Counted from the whole stretch's first letter, positions 40,995 to 55,663 are shown. The stretch: 62,832 bases of DNA, filler included, from Bonamia ostreae (GCA_040357525.1; 43 parts of 43 records of this genome joined end to end with filler, not necessarily neighbours in it), one strand, 5' to 3'. Numbers and translations are program-made. Notes: a model not told the origin generated them from the sequence alone.

Positions 40995-42553
40995 NNNNNN
41001 NNNNNNNNNNNNNNNNNNNNNNNNNNNNNNNNNNNNNNTTAATTAATTAANNNNNNNNNNNNNNNNNNNNNNNNNNNNNNNNNNNNNNNNNNNNACTGTC
41101 CTTTGCGCATGTGCACACCAATTTCATATTTAACAGTGTCATGGACGTTACTGAAGGTATATCTTCTTTATTTATAAAACTCTTGCATTTCAGACATCCT
41201 GAAATAGCTATCTGTGCAAATTTTCTTTTGAGGTTTTTTGTATATTTATTAGATGATAGAAAATCAATACCGGTTTAGAAATGTAAATTTAAATATATAT
41301 TTTTCATATTCAGTCAATGACAAAAAATGTCTTTATCTCGCTAGCTCGTTTAGTTTTTAATGTTTGTAATGTGCTTGAATCATGGAATATATTTCAAACT
41401 AAAACTGCTCTCCGTTTGCAAAAATATGTGCTGAAAGTAAATGATGGATCCAGCGGTACGACGTTGTTTTTGAAAAGAGTCATATATTTTTGAAAGAACA
41501 GCTCTGATTTATGCCATTGATTATATCTTTAAAAAGAAAGATAAATAGTTTAACATATCGGTTCGTATATTTGCGTGTTTATTTCATATTCACCCGAATC
41601 AATATAAAAAAATATCTAAGATCAAGACATATTTGGCGAGTGAATCATAGTAATAGGAGTCTTGATGTTATCATATCCAGTAGTACACGGATATCGGGAT
41701 ACACAATTTAATCTAATCTGTCATAGATAATAAATATTTACTGAAGGTGTTGCGTTGAAGTGACTTGGGGTTGTAGTCCACGTTATCTAGTAGTTTCGTT
41801 TATCATTGAATAACGTCCAGTATAAGTTGTTTTATATCAAAATGTAAACATAGTAGTAAATTGTCACAATTTTCGACCTTTGCATGGTACTCAGTGTTGA
41901 AGCATGATCGTTTGGTATCAAGTCAAAGCCTGTCTTTTTACGTGTGATCTTGGAGTTCGAGTTTTCATCTAAAAGATACTCCATTTATGTTTTCAAATAA
42001 GGCAAATGAACATTAAGCTTATAGGGTTTTTGCAGATAAATGGACGCATTATGGTACAAAATGCTTCTTAGAACGTCTTCCGATATAACAATGCATGTTT
42101 TTAGCAGTTCTATGAGATATTATCTATGATTTGCCTCTGAATTGTCGTCTGAAATTAAGCCATTTATAATTGAGTTCAATCCTAAGCTTGTCATCTTAAT
42201 ATACAAATATGGATTTCATCGAATAATTCACCCCAAATCGCTCAGTGAACAAAAAATCTTAATCTTGTAGCAATGTGTTTATTGTTGTAATATTTCATTA
42301 GGGCTTTCCACCTTTCTCGGGATAGCTCTATTGATATTGTTCTGTATTTTATTTTTATTATTATTTGTGGGTTTTTTCCACCAGAAGAAGCTTTTGGCAT
42401 CGTAAGACTTTTCGAAAGTAAATATTGCAAAGTAAAACTTTAACGGTACCAATNNNNNNNNNNNNNNNNNNNNNNNNNNNNNNNNNNNNNNNNNNNNTTA
42501 ATTAATTAANNNNNNNNNNNNNNNNNNNNNNNNNNNNNNNNNNNNNNNNNNNN

Positions 42554-42649
42554 TCTTTCTGCAGCCAGGTCCCAGGTATATTTTGAATCTGGACAATTGT
42601 TTACATGCTCCATTGTTGAGGTTGGATGTGGACAATGTGAATTTGGCAT
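42554..42649 (-). CDS. Host exon of a bivalve-expanded Cys-rich family
   Basis: CPHPTSTMEHVNNCPDSKYTWDLAAER fits the CP...V..CP.....W..AA.RK pattern seen in many oyster uncharacterised proteins. Confidence 0.6.
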
Positions 42650-45514
42650 CTACAAGTGTGGGTTTTAAAATTAATAAAATCCGAGCATTCAGAGAAGAGT
42701 CGTATACATTATATTATTTGATGTTACAAGTCGCAGAATACAACATATTACATGCATAATGCCAGTGTTCTACCAATGTTAGGTTTCATAGATTTGAACA
42801 CATAGTGGACGAGAACCAGAAATCCGTACGTTTGATAGCCTTTCCGGACGATGTTTGTGAACCTTTTCATTTTCCCAACGCTTACTATATTCATGTTATT
42901 TCTGGTTTCACAACAAATATACAATAAGGTACAATTACTACAGAATAAAACACATAAAATTTGAAAGTTCAGTTAACCACATTCAGTTAAATGCATGTTA
43001 AACTGAGTATTTAATATAAAGAAAACATACAAAATAAATACGTATAAAATTGAAAATTGTAAACACTTGTGACTTGGTTGACGCTTAGAGTGAAATAGTA
43101 TCATACTATATATGAATTATCTGAACCTATGTAAAAAAAAAAATCAAATCACTGACCGAATTTCCCATAGTGTGTACATGGTAAATACCACAATTCATAT
43201 TTATGTAGCAGAATTACTGTCACCTGTATATGGTGTTTATATCTNNNNNNNNNNCAACTGATTCGACACACAAGAACATGTTCTGTGTGTGAAAATTTCT
43301 TAAACAAATACAGGTACTGGCAAATAAGTTGGGTTTCAACAGTTCTGTTTAAAGCGACTTTCTACTAGTATTTCACAATCTTAGGATGATTTTCATTGCA
43401 AATTAGGTCGGATACTGTTTGACTTCTTTCACACAACTTGTTAGATCATTCTGTATTATCGATTTTGACTACGGAATAATATGCTTATCTGATCAAGATA
43501 AAGGGCTTACGGCGGGAACATATATGACATTATCATATCCCTGGTGTGTCCAGATGTCCTTCTTTGTCTTACAATAAACTCTTTATTCTTTATAGACTTG
43601 ATTATATTCTTTGCTCTTCATTGTCTTGGGTTTTTATTAACAATTCGATGTTGTTCTGATACATTAACAGAAATTATATATGCTTTTTCCAATATGTATC
43701 AGGATTAAAAGATACATGTAGTATTTAGCTGACAAATTCATTTTTATGCCTTTGCAGTCGGGAATTCGTAAGTATATTATTACTAGCTATTGAACTATTT
43801 GTCTGTTTCTACAAAAATAATCTTAGCCATAACCTTTGAAATGCTAGTGCAAACATTTTTGAACAACCTTTCTTGTTTCTTAAAACAGGTCCTCAGTACA
43901 CCTTGGTTGTCNNNNNNNNNNNNNNNNNNNNNNNNNNNNNNNNNNNNNNNNNNNNTTAATTAATTAANNNNNNNNNNNNNNNNNNNNNNNNNNNNNNNNN
44001 NNNNNNNNNNNTGAAGATTTGGTAAAACTCCCTCTGGTGAGAAAAAAGGTCGATGGGATAATGGGAGGTTTGTTTCTCAACGTCGAAAATTCATTAGGTG
44101 TTAATGAAAGGTGGGGATAAGGAACAGTGATCAACTGTAGACTCAAATTTTCTCAATCTTAATCTTTTAAAACGCGCCGTGCTCGTTATTGTGCAGACTA
44201 AAGAATTTTTACCACTTTCTAGTTACTACACGTATGCAAGAAAGGTGGTTAACATGCCTATAAAATACCAAGTACAGCTGATTCCAAGTCGCATTATTGA
44301 TCTTACAAATAAATTAAAGAAACTCTTGAGAATCTTGAATACGGAGAGAGGTTTATGTTATGTAAAGCAATTAACAGATCTTATTTGAAAAAAAGAACAC
44401 ATACAATTACGGATTGTGTCCATTGTGTTTGATACGAACAACCATTGGAAACAAAGGGGTGTAAACAAAATTCACAAGTCTTATCGCTTTTAAATGTGAA
44501 ATGTTCACCATATGTGCAAAACAGAATGACGCAAAGCATTCTACGTAGCAGGCAGTTTGGTTTTTGCTGTATAGGTCGTTCTATTTCATCACAAACATGT
44601 TCTATAGGCGTTTTTTTTAACTTTTAAGTATACATAAACAGTTTCTTTTTGTCTACTAGTATATATGCCTCTGTACTGCATGTATTCATGTGTTGATATA
44701 ACCTTACGAAAACAATCATGTTTAACTGTCATAGTATCGTACACCGCTTCTAGTCAGTCATTGGTCAAGTAAATAAAACATGCTAAGGTGTATCAAAAAC
44801 ATATTACTTTCCATGATGGTACATAAATATATCTCAACATTATGGTATCACTACCTTTTTTACAACGTAGGTTTGACGCGACCAGGTCAGCGTTGATACA
44901 ATGAGAAGAAATGTATCAATACGAGCACTCAGCTGTTTGTGCATTGATTGATTTTCTAGCGACCAAGACAAACTGTTTAATTATCATAAGTCTATCTCAT
45001 TTACCTAGTTAATATGAACGGCAAAACTACTGTTATGATATTACATGTATTCTTGATTTGACATGGGTTAAACAAGCACCTGATTTTTTTATCGACAGGC
45101 CCCAACAGAGAAGATGGAGGAAACAACACAGTGTGATACAGAAACTGAAAGAGAACTCCATGATCTCATGTGCAGCAGCGACTTCATGTAATCTTTTTTT
45201 TCTATTTAAGCAGCATGAAGATATTAAACATTTTTAGCTTCCTAAGCATAAAAATATTCAGAAAATTGAAAATTGGGGATCCATCTCCAGAAAAGCTTAT
45301 AAACGATCAATAATAATATAATAATGAACAACATGCGCAAAATAACATAATGCTACTTTTTTTCTGTATNNNNNNNNNNNNNNNNNNNNNNNNNNNNNNN
45401 NNNNNNNNNNNNNTTAATTAATTAANNNNNNNNNNNNNNNNNNNNNNNNNNNNNNNNNNNNNNNNNNNNCGGCTACTTTTGAAAGCCCTGGATGAGATTC
45501 CCATGATGGATGGA

Positions 45515-45542
45515 CAGACAGGTGATCAGGTGAGCTAAAAAT
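45515..45542. mobile_element. Helentron/HINE-type terminus (CAGGTGAGCTAAAA) in a host intron
   Basis: Terminal motif recognised from bivalve non-autonomous Helentrons. Confidence 0.5.
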
Positions 45543-45616
45543 ATACTTTATAGAATTTACAAACCAAATTTTTTCAATTAACCTTAATTTGTTGCAAACA
45601 AGTTTATCAAACATAC

Positions 45617-46805
45617 CTGAACAAAGGGCTGGTATGCCAACTGATTGGACTTTCAGGTCTTCAGATAATACAAGAGCATTAAACACAACCGTCTTTAAAA
45701 CATTTGCAGCACCTCCATATTCTCTTGCTTTGCTCCAGTATGGCACATGTGCATGGATGACATGCTTGTAATTCAGATTTCCAGCAGTTGTATTACAGCA
45801 ACACCCTTCCGGGAGTCGTTTATATTCTCTGATATAGCTATAACAAGCCCGAGTTAATTCCTGTCCACCTGCCTCAGCGATAACCTTCGAAATTCCTCTT
45901 GTGTTTCCTAGATTTGCATTTGTTGAGCTTACTACACACTGTACATTTAACTTTGTGATGTCACCTTTGTAAACCTTAACAGTTAACCCTTCATTTGTTG
46001 TGAATGTAATTTCGTCAACATTTGGAGCATTGCTTTTTACTGTCCTTTTTCTGTCTTCCATAATTTTCTTCTGTTTCTCAGTAACTGAACGTTCTGCATC
46101 ATCAACAGCTTGCTGTGACATCCCAAACAATTCTATTTCCTTCTTTCTCTCATTAAACAAACTAAACACTGGTGGATTGCTTTGAATAAAAGACTGACAT
46201 TCCGATTTCATCATTTTATATACATCTTCAGTGCTTTGTATTTTCTTTACAGTCATCTCAGTAAGTATTTCATCTTTTTCACTTGTAACTTTTTGTATAA
46301 AAGACTTGCTTCCTGATACTTGCATACAGCTATACTCATATGTTATGGATCCATCACGTATACCTTCGGAAAATTGATACACAACCATAAATTTTTGATA
46401 GTCATCCTCTGTTATTTGGATAGCAGTAGATTCTTGCGTTGCAATTCCTCTGTGTTCAGTTTGGTCTTCCGAGCAAGTCTTTCCATTTTTCTTGTTTACT
46501 TTGCTGGCAAAAGAACTAGATTTCACAGAGGTCTGCAAACTTGTCAAATCCTTTGCATGGACAGATTTAGGTACTTCAGCCTTTTTTTCCAAGTAATTTG
46601 CTTCTTTTAAGGACAAATAACTGTCTCTTAAGCACGTGTGAGCCAGTTCAATTTGTGGTAAACTTCCAGTTAAAATCCACTTCTTTTCTTCTGAGACCCT
46701 TATATTTACTCCACTGCTTTTAATAATTCTATCCTTGACATTATCCAGATTGACAAAGTTCTTCAGAAACTTGTAGGATACTTGTGCTTGTACATTACAT
46801 ACAGC
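45617..46805 (-). CDS. Host PARP14-like macro-domain protein exon
   Basis: VKVYKGDITKLNVQCVVSSTNANL...GISKVIAEAGG...TTAGNL..KHVIHA.VP...SVGIPALCSG; tttctag acceptor and gtatg donor. Confidence 0.85.
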
Positions 46806-46939
46806 CTAGAAATAAAAAGTCATCACTNNNNNNNNNNNNNNNNNNNNNNNNNNNNNNNNNNNNNNNNNNNNTTAATTAATTAANNNNNNNNNNNNNNNNN
46901 NNNNNNNNNNNNNNNNNNNNNNNNNNNCGACAAAACCAT

Positions 46940-48200
46940 TTTTGACATTAGAAACAACTCCATTTAAAGCCCTAACGCGCTGGACAAGCGGTTGGTGTTC
47001 ACGCGCGAAAACGAAAGTCTCGCCCATTTTGTTCAAAGAGAGCTCCTTTTCCGTCAGCGTCGGCAAAATCGGCGCAATCGTCCGGAGCAATCTCATCTCG
47101 TCCACGAAGGGCAGAAGCGCGACCGCTTGCCACAAAAAGCGTTTTCCGTTTAAGTCGAAATCGACACTCGTCGGATAAAAGTCGGCCACATCGCTGCTCG
47201 GATCCGTCATCAGACCCGCCAGTTTCCTCGGCAGACAGTGGCTCGACCCCGGCGGCATCACGCCCAACAGTTGCGCGAACGGGTCCAACGGCTTTCCGAT
47301 CGAAAAGCTGTTGTCCCAGTTTTTGACGCGCGCGAGGTCGGAAGCGAAGGGCGCGTAATGGAATGGATAGAACCAGCCCCAACTCGGGCACCCTTTGAAG
47401 TAGTAGTTCAGAACCCATTGCAATCCCCTCAAATAAGACGACAGCAGTTCGGCGAGCTGCGGGGGCGGGTTGGTCAAACTGAACTTTTTGTCGAATCTGC
47501 AACCGAACTTGGTGGAATAATATCGTTCTTTCCAGCCGTTTCGGCCCAGTTCGACATTGTCTTGTTTTGCCGAGTTTTTGTCGCTTTGAAGATTTTTTAG
47601 ATCTTCTTCCACATCTTGTAAAGTCGGGTCTTTTTTTATTGCCAAATTTTTGGCTTGTTTTTCATTGTTTTCGAACAAATTTTTATATTTTTCGGTTGTC
47701 AAATTTTTCTTTTTATTTTTGGTGGTCAAATTTTTCTTGTTATTTTTTTCGGTTGTCAAATTTTTCTTTTTATTTTCGGTTGTCAAATTTTTCTTGTTAT
47801 TTTTGGTGGTCAAATTTTTCTTATTTTTTGAGGCTAATTTTTTTAATTTTAAAAAATTTTACAATTCAAAATGGAATTGATTTTTTCTGTCAATTTGTCT
47901 TTGATCATTTGAATCAAATTTTTTTTGACAATTTCTTTTTTCGACGATTTTACCGATTTTTCGTTGTCAGTATTATTAAGAATTTTGTCCAAATTGATTT
48001 CGGTTATTCCACCGCTTTCGATTTCGCCGAATTTGACTGATTTTGATTTTTTGTTTTTCTGTTTGGATTTAATTGATTCGATTTCTTCCAGAACTTGGCG
48101 ACGAGTCTGTGTTTGTAACATTTGGTTCGCTTTTTTCTGGTTTGTTTCTCTGGGCGGTTTGCCGGAAGTGAACATTTTTTCGGTTTGTTTTTTATGTTTT
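46940..48200 (-). CDS. XRN2: 5'-3' exoribonuclease XRN2/Rat1, internal fragment; repeat-filled intron 47630-47862
   Basis: GWKERYY..KF...YLRGLQWVLNYY..GCPSWGWFYPFHYAPFASD...P..QLLGVMP...DFYP...DLNGKRFLWQAVALLPFVDE. Confidence 0.92.
47675..47830. repeat. Intronic tandem repeat (~27-30-nt AAAAATTTGACMACCRAAAA units)
   Basis: About 5 copies; produces the spurious KNLTT peptide repeat in the ORF track. Confidence 0.88.
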
Positions 48201-48607
48201 TCTTGATTTTTGAAATATTTTTTTTCCTTTTTTTGAGAATGTTTTATATTTTTGACAAAATTTTTTGAAACGATTTTCTTATTTNNNNNNNNNNNNNNNN
48301 NNNNNNNNNNNNNNNNNNNNNNNNNNNNTTAATTAATTAANNNNNNNNNNNNNNNNNNNNNNNNNNNNNNNNNNNNNNNNNNNNACCATCGCGGCGGTTC
48401 AATGAAATGTGTTAGTAACAATATTGAAAATGGGTTTTTATGTCTTGTAGTAAATTTACAAGGATTTCCTCTATACTTATGTCTACAAAACACCATCTGG
48501 AAAAAAGAAGAATGAAAACTAATGTTAGGGTATCCATTTTATATACGCTGTGTAGGGAATTCATTTTAATGTTCATCACAGTTCACTGATTTTCAGGTGA
48601 GGCAAAC

Positions 48608-49165
48608 CAATGAGAAAAACCAGTAACATTTTTTCATGACACTGCACGTCCTATCTTTTAACATTTTATTTATGCATTTACGCCAGTTTTGATGTACGTA
48701 AAATTTTCCGAAGATTTCTGCAATTCCAATAGCATGAATATCTTACCCGATGTTTGTCATATCTTAGGTGTTGGAATGAAAATAAATTTGGTTCCATTTC
48801 ATGTTTGGATTTCAGAGAATTCGTTTTAATGATCATCACTGTTCCCTGACGTTTAGGTAAGAGGCCCCTTCTATGCCCATGAATCCCTACCATGACAATG
48901 ACTCACACTTGAATTGGACGTATTTGTATTGAAATCTCCTATATTGAGATGTTATCAAGTATGAGAAAAAACGGTAACATTTTGTTTTTCATGCCACTGC
49001 ACGTCCTATCTTTAACCAATTTATTTGTGTATTTACGCCAGTTCTGATGTAGGTAAACTTTTCCAAAAAATTCAGCAATTTGCATTCAATAGCATGAATA
49101 TCTTACCCGATGTTCATCATATCTTAGATGTTGAAATGAAAACAAGCTTGGTTCCATTACATGTT
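48608..49165. repeat. Diverged direct duplication of about 200 nt (48608-48810 and 48960-49165), host
   Basis: Shared CACTGCACGTCCTATCTTT...GCATGAATATCTTACCCGATGTT...GGTTCCATT blocks. Confidence 0.85.
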
Positions 49166-51296
49166 TTCTTCTACCGGGATATTTAGGTTCTGCAGATGCA
49201 TTATCTCCACTTCCGGTTGATCTATGGTTCGGTTTTGACACTAGTAGACAATATCATAAACATACACAACATGACGCAAAACTGCCTTTCATTTTATACA
49301 AGATAGGTTTAAAAGGGTTGATCATATAAAACACGTGTAGCATGATTCAGATGAATTGCAGAATCTAAAGATATTAAGGTACCAATTCAATTCATGTAGC
49401 TGCACTCAACGAGTACCCTCAAATGTAATAAACATGAGTAACACATACCCTTGGAGTCTGCACAATCCTCTTCAATCTATTATAAATGATGTAAAATGTT
49501 AAATGCATTATTAATGCAGAAGTTATGTTTATCCTTTTCCTTAAAAATTCATCTTCTCTAGCCACGGTTTTTCTCTATTCACTCGTGATTAATCTAGTAG
49601 CTTTTAAAAGAACATGTCCTAGGATTCAAGGCATCCAATAAAATCATGTCTTACAAATATGGCGTCAGCAACTATAGCAGCCCCATTGTTGAGTTGTCAT
49701 GCACGTTGTATCAAGTAGATATTAACGGCAAACTAATCACNNNNNNNNNNNNNNNNNNNNNNNNNNNNNNNNNNNNNNNNNNNNTTAATTAATTAANNNN
49801 NNNNNNNNNNNNNNNNNNNNNNNNNNNNNNNNNNNNNNNNGATAAGCAAGGGACTACTGAGTACCTATTCTAACCCGAAGCCTCACAGGACGAATGTTAA
49901 GTAATAAATGACATATTTCCGTCATAATAGAACATTTCATTCATCAATTTTGTCACATTCCAATGACTTAATGCACATATCATATTCATATTTTGGCTAC
50001 GCTTGGACACGTCGTAGTTTAAGTGACTACAATATACTAGTAATCGACATAAGAGAATATATTACAGAGCAGTTATCATATTTCAGAGAAAACATACCAT
50101 TCTGTCTGCATGTACATGAACTGTTTTCACTTCAGAAGTACGCCACACAAGTTGTAAGATCCTTTGGTGTCACAACCACAAAATATGTTGAAGGCTACAC
50201 CAAACTAATTTCAAAAAGTATTTTCATAAACTATTTTCATGTGACGCCATTTTGAACCATTGACATATCTAGGTCAACTATATCACGTGTATAAGTGGCA
50301 CATATCATATCAAGTTTCGACGCTCTATAAATCTGGATGCTTTTCAGTACGTGTATTTAAATTTTGTAGAAGTAGATTAAACAGGAGAGACAGACATAAC
50401 AATGCTGAATATCAATGTGATAAATTTAAATGCTGACAATCTACACTCCTTTAGTATTGTACTCTACAAAAGATATGACTAATACTTTACCTTGAACATC
50501 CTTCAAGCAAGACTAAATTTTTAAAAGAAAGAACAGTAGAAACAAACAATTTTGTAAAGAAAACAAAAACACGAAGAAAACACACAAGTTGAAATTGATT
50601 GATTTGAAGTAGAAATTTCCATATACGTTTCTTAAAGAGTCGTCAACATTAGCTTCAAGAATATTCATTTGTCATACCTTAAATCTGTGTAAATTTTTTT
50701 TAAATTAAAAAATAATATATAATTCACATTCCAACGAACAATCTTGATCCTGAGTTTTACCACTTATAATCAAAAAGATTAATGAGGACATATTTATTAT
50801 ACTTTTTTGATAGATATCTAAACCGTTGCTGTCACAGTTAACTGTATGGATGGATCCATATACTTATGGAATAGCTTAAGGGACATTACAAAGTAATCTT
50901 GGCTTGTTTGTACGTGTTATTAGGAGGTCACCAGCTGTAGGTGAAATGTAACAAAGATTGGCGGTCAAGGCCGTAGCAGGGATAATTCTTTTTTATAACA
51001 ATATCATGTAATATGTTATGGTATTATTTAGCATACTGTGGGATTAAAGAATAACATTTCATTCTGGAAAGAGCTTCAAAGTCTCCATTTTATAAAAGAG
51101 GAGAAATACGGATGAATATATATTTATTTATATGATTATTACAGATTTTTAAAAATTCGTTTAACAGATTTATTTACAAGTTGTACAATGGCTCCANNNN
51201 NNNNNNNNNNNNNNNNNNNNNNNNNNNNNNNNNNNNNNNNTTAATTAATTAANNNNNNNNNNNNNNNNNNNNNNNNNNNNNNNNNNNNNNNNNNNN

Positions 51297-52500
51297 GAAG
51301 AATTAGATTTCCACACAGATTTAAATTCGTTGCTGGAACCAAAATTGGAAATGATGTGTGATCTCAAGCAATACATCGATACGTCCACTGATTTTGTCGC
51401 AGAACAAATTCCTCTTATTTTCAACGGAACCGATTGGCAACCTTCATTGATCAAAGAAGGCATGATTTTTCTTGTCGATGTTTTGATGAAAGCGAGTATC
51501 GTCATCGGAAACAATACGTCACTTTCGAATGATTTCACTCGTCTCAAAAGGTTTCGTTGTCAAAATTTAACTTTTGAATCTAAAAACTTCCGTTATCAAA
51601 ATTTTCTTTTTATCGCAAACATTTGATTTTTCAAATTTAGAGAAAATCAAATTTTCGTTGACAAATTTGGAGGTAAAAATTTGGTCGCGCAAATTAATTC
51701 GCTGCAAGGATTTTTTAGTTCCGCTAATTACATAATGGAACATTTGCGCGACAAAATTCAGTCCAAACAAACTCACGTTTCAGCCATTACAAAAATGGCA
51801 ATTTGCGCTCTCGATCTTATCGATTCGAACAAGTTCTTTCATCCAGAAGAGCAAACCGCGCTTATTAGATTCGCCATCGTTCAAAATTTTTGTTCGGATT
51901 AAAATTACAATAAACAAAAATCGATAAATTGACGAACTTTAAAGCTTTTGCCAAATTTATCCCAAAACTTAAATAAAGCATTCCGTTTATTTGACGAACA
52001 GCGCCAGTTACAACGTGTTCAAAGTGAAGAAGAAGTTTGTCGGGAGAATAAAGGGCGTTGTCCAGAAAAACAGTTTTGTGCCGATTTTGAACGACATTAA
52101 TTTGTCTGCCAAAGAGCTCATTTGGAGCAACGCACAATCTTTTGGCGAGAAAAATTATGATTGGATCGACAATTCCCCGGGTTTAATATCAGATTAAAAT
52201 TGCGCCATTTTAAACTGCTAAAAACTGTAAATTGATATTAAACGAAAAGAGCTGTTTTCGTTGGTTCCTGGAATCGAAGTAATAAAGAGGGCATTGCGAA
52301 ATTACTTTATGTCTTTATTGCCTTATATGGCTTTGAAAAGCGGTTCGATCGAAAAAATGAACAGCCAAAATCAAAACGAATATTTTGATTTTGCGAAAGA
52401 GGTGATCGAACTGATTTCGAGAGGATTCGTTATGCTCTCGGCTATTCAAAACCGAATTAAAAAACAGTTTTGTTACAAACTTGAAAATCGGATCAGTGAA
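51297..52500 (+). CDS. CYFIP: CYFIP/Sra-1/PIR121 WAVE-complex subunit, internal fragment; introns 51551-51640, 51879-51978, 52181-52249
   Basis: LLEPKL...SLSNDFTRLKR...L..F....N.I...L...FFHPEEQ..L...VPILNDI...W...CYKL is colinear with CYFIP1/2. Confidence 0.8.
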
Positions 52501-53638
52501 GTTTTTTATAAAATTTTTGAACTGATTTTTTGTGGAAATTTTGATAATTTTAAGACGCTCAAAAAATAATTAAATTTTGACTAATTTAACTCTCGATTTT
52601 TTGTAATTTATAAAAATGGTTGTTTAAATTAATTCGATTTTGGCAATTTTGANNNNNNNNNNNNNNNNNNNNNNNNNNNNNNNNNNNNNNNNNNNNTTAA
52701 TTAATTAANNNNNNNNNNNNNNNNNNNNNNNNNNNNNNNNNNNNNNNNNNNNGGTGATCAAGATACCGGCATATGAATGAAATTAGAATAAAACCGAAAC
52801 AGGGATATCCCGCTTTAAGTTAAATCAGAGTTCAGCTTTTGTAAGGTTTTTGGTCTTCCTGGCGGCTTATACATGTAACACATGTATGCATACGCTCTTA
52901 ACAAATACCATGACGACAGTCTGTTGCGTGCCAGAGGGGATGTGATCCTTGATAAGGGACACCATTTTACGTCCTATTCGATCAAACAAAATAGTTGATT
53001 AGATAAATTGAAAATGAATTAATTCATTAAACAATTAATGAAAAAAATAAATCTTCGAAATATTAACAGAAAAACACGGAAAACTTTCCAGTATACCAAC
53101 TGCTTGTGAACCAGAACGAGGCTAAAACATGTTAATCTTTTGTTGCATGTAGAAATAACATCTACTCGCGCAAAAAGCAAAGCGTTCAGTTTCGTGTAAG
53201 AAACGTTTCGTTCCGTGTAAAAACATCGTGTCTTATGCGTGTGATTTCTTGTGAAACGTATCGTGAAAGAAGCGTGTTACTGGTGTAATAGGTTTCAAGG
53301 TCTGATATTCTATGTCAGTTCAGCTTAACACCCTGTAACGTATAATACCTGATTAGTCAATTTCAATATAATAGTTAGGCATCATCCAGCACTGGGCATT
53401 AGATGATTATGCAACATAATGTACACATAATGATGTCCAGTGGAGTGTACATACAATGTAATGTGTGTCGACAGTGTTTGAATATGGCTTTGTTTTCACA
53501 CCACGATAACCTTTTAATTTTTGAAAATACAAATATATTTGATTTTCAAAGATGATATCGTAAATCGTAAAAGGAATAAGATTTGTGTTTTCACAAATTT
53601 TCCAGACGTCTACTTCACGCGGAATGTGCATGTACATA

Positions 53639-53848
53639 CCTGATGTCAGCTAGGCGTTTTACAGATCTCTGTCCCAATGATCTATTGCCAGGTGTTTGGT
53701 CTTGAAGTTCCAATATGCATTCTGTTAAAAATCTGTATCTGTTCACAGTTTGTAACCATTTCTGTCTTTTGCCTCTTGCGTCTGTGAATGTGTCAGTTTC
53801 AGGTTCAAGGTTTTGCAAAAGTAGGTCTAATCCGAGGATATCTAACAC
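53639..53848 (-). CDS. Host exon, function unknown
   Basis: Open 70-codon stretch bounded by tatctag and gtatg. Confidence 0.45.
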
Positions 53849-55427
53849 CTAGATAGTAAAAGAAATCGGCTATACGTCACCACATCGAGCCTCCTCTTCT
53901 GATATATTTTGAAGTATCGGTGAACTCAAACTTAATATGCGATAACATGATATATTAAAAACAAATTTGATTATGGTATTCACCGGATTTTAATGTTATT
54001 GAAATATGCTTTACTTTGTTTGTTTGTTTTTTTTTTTTTTTTTTTGTTAATCATTTTTGTCGAAAGCAGAAGTAGGAAGACATACCTCTTCTTCATTTTC
54101 AAAATGTANNNNNNNNNNNNNNNNNNNNNNNNNNNNNNNNNNNNNNNNNNNNTTAATTAATTAANNNNNNNNNNNNNNNNNNNNNNNNNNNNNNNNNNNN
54201 NNNNNNNNAATACATTGATGTTGTGTTTGGTCAAAATATCGCTAAAAAACCAAATATTTGACATAAATACTGCAATATTATTTTAAATTAAAGTTTATTT
54301 AAGTTGTATAGATATAATTAATTAGTTTAATTGCATTAAATTATGAAAGTTTACCTGCGTCCTCGAAAGTACTCTATCGGCCTCTAGCGTACTCTGTTTA
54401 GTAGTACCCGTATACGAACTATGTTTCGCACTACTGCTTAAACAGCCCATGCTAAGATGGATGTAACCCCTGTGTAATATTAGGTTTGACGATGTCCAGT
54501 CATCTTGTGCACACACTGATTTGTAAACAAGGAGTCAATTCGTATACAAAACAGATGTCAATTCATACTACGAATCAGTTTGTGTACAATTTGACTGTAA
54601 ATCGACTTGACTGGTCTCCTATCTAGGAGATGGGAGATTGCGGACTTGTTTCATAGTCAGTGCATAGGTGGCAGTTATTCGGAAACAGTTCAAACCGAAA
54701 GTAGAAATCTAACAACAAAAAAGCGCTGATGCTATGCTCTAGCGCTTTAAAAAGCACCTGACCATGTAAGAAGACATTTGCATCAATATATTGACAATAT
54801 AGGTATACATAACCCAGCAGTATTACAGAGACAATATTTCTTAGGTAAGGTTTTAATGAAAAAGATGACAATAACTAACAGTGATTTAAATAATTTTACT
54901 GAAACTAAAACAAAGTAGTTTTACTGAAATTAAAATGTACTGTTATATCTTTTATTATAGATCTATACTAGCTAGTTTTATTGACTATATTGCTTATTGA
55001 CACATATGAGGCATTTGTGTATTTAGTTCATTAAAGTACATGGATCATATGTAACAGTGTGTACAGTGTTTTCCCCCTGACACTCTCTGTTTATGTCACA
55101 TTTATGTTTCTTTCAAAAAGCTCATAAATTGTGTTATATATTTATGACCCAGGCAAAAAATTTAAATGATCAATATATATTCATAGAAATGTATGATATA
55201 TACTTACACTTGGTGTGTGACCTTGTGACACTGAGCTTTGCTGAAATTTAAATAAGATAAAATTGAGTTACATGTTATGTAAGATCTAAAAATCTTTCAC
55301 TGTATTTTTAATAGTTATTCACTGGTCAGATTTAGGTTTTGCTGACTATTGTAAAATTCAAATTTAATCTAGAAACAAAAATTTATTCTGTATTTATTTC
55401 TTTAACGAATTCAATTAAAAATAACTC

Positions 55428-55545
55428 CAACAAGAAGCCCGTGGGTCACAATGTTCACCTGAATCACTATGGTTATTCAACAGCAGATTTTTTTCACCTA
55501 TATATTCCTAAGAAAAAACAAAGTTGCCCCCTCCAAAAGCGAAGG
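55428..55545. mobile_element. Helentron/HINE-like end (AACAAGARGCCC.TGGG.CACA..G.TCACCTGA), host
   Basis: Motif recognised from oyster repeats. Confidence 0.5.
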
Positions 55546-55663
55546 GTCATTATTGGAAAAAAANNNNNNNNNNNNNNNNNNNNNNNNNNNNNNNNNNNNN
55601 NNNNNNNTTAATTAATTAANNNNNNNNNNNNNNNNNNNNNNNNNNNNNNNNNNNNNNNNNNNN

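Noticed and set aside
47630-47862. KNLTT peptide repeat as an insertion in XRN2 (ORF track 46872..47813)
   Set aside because: It lies between a phase-compatible GT (47862) and AAG (47630); best read as a repeat-filled intron.
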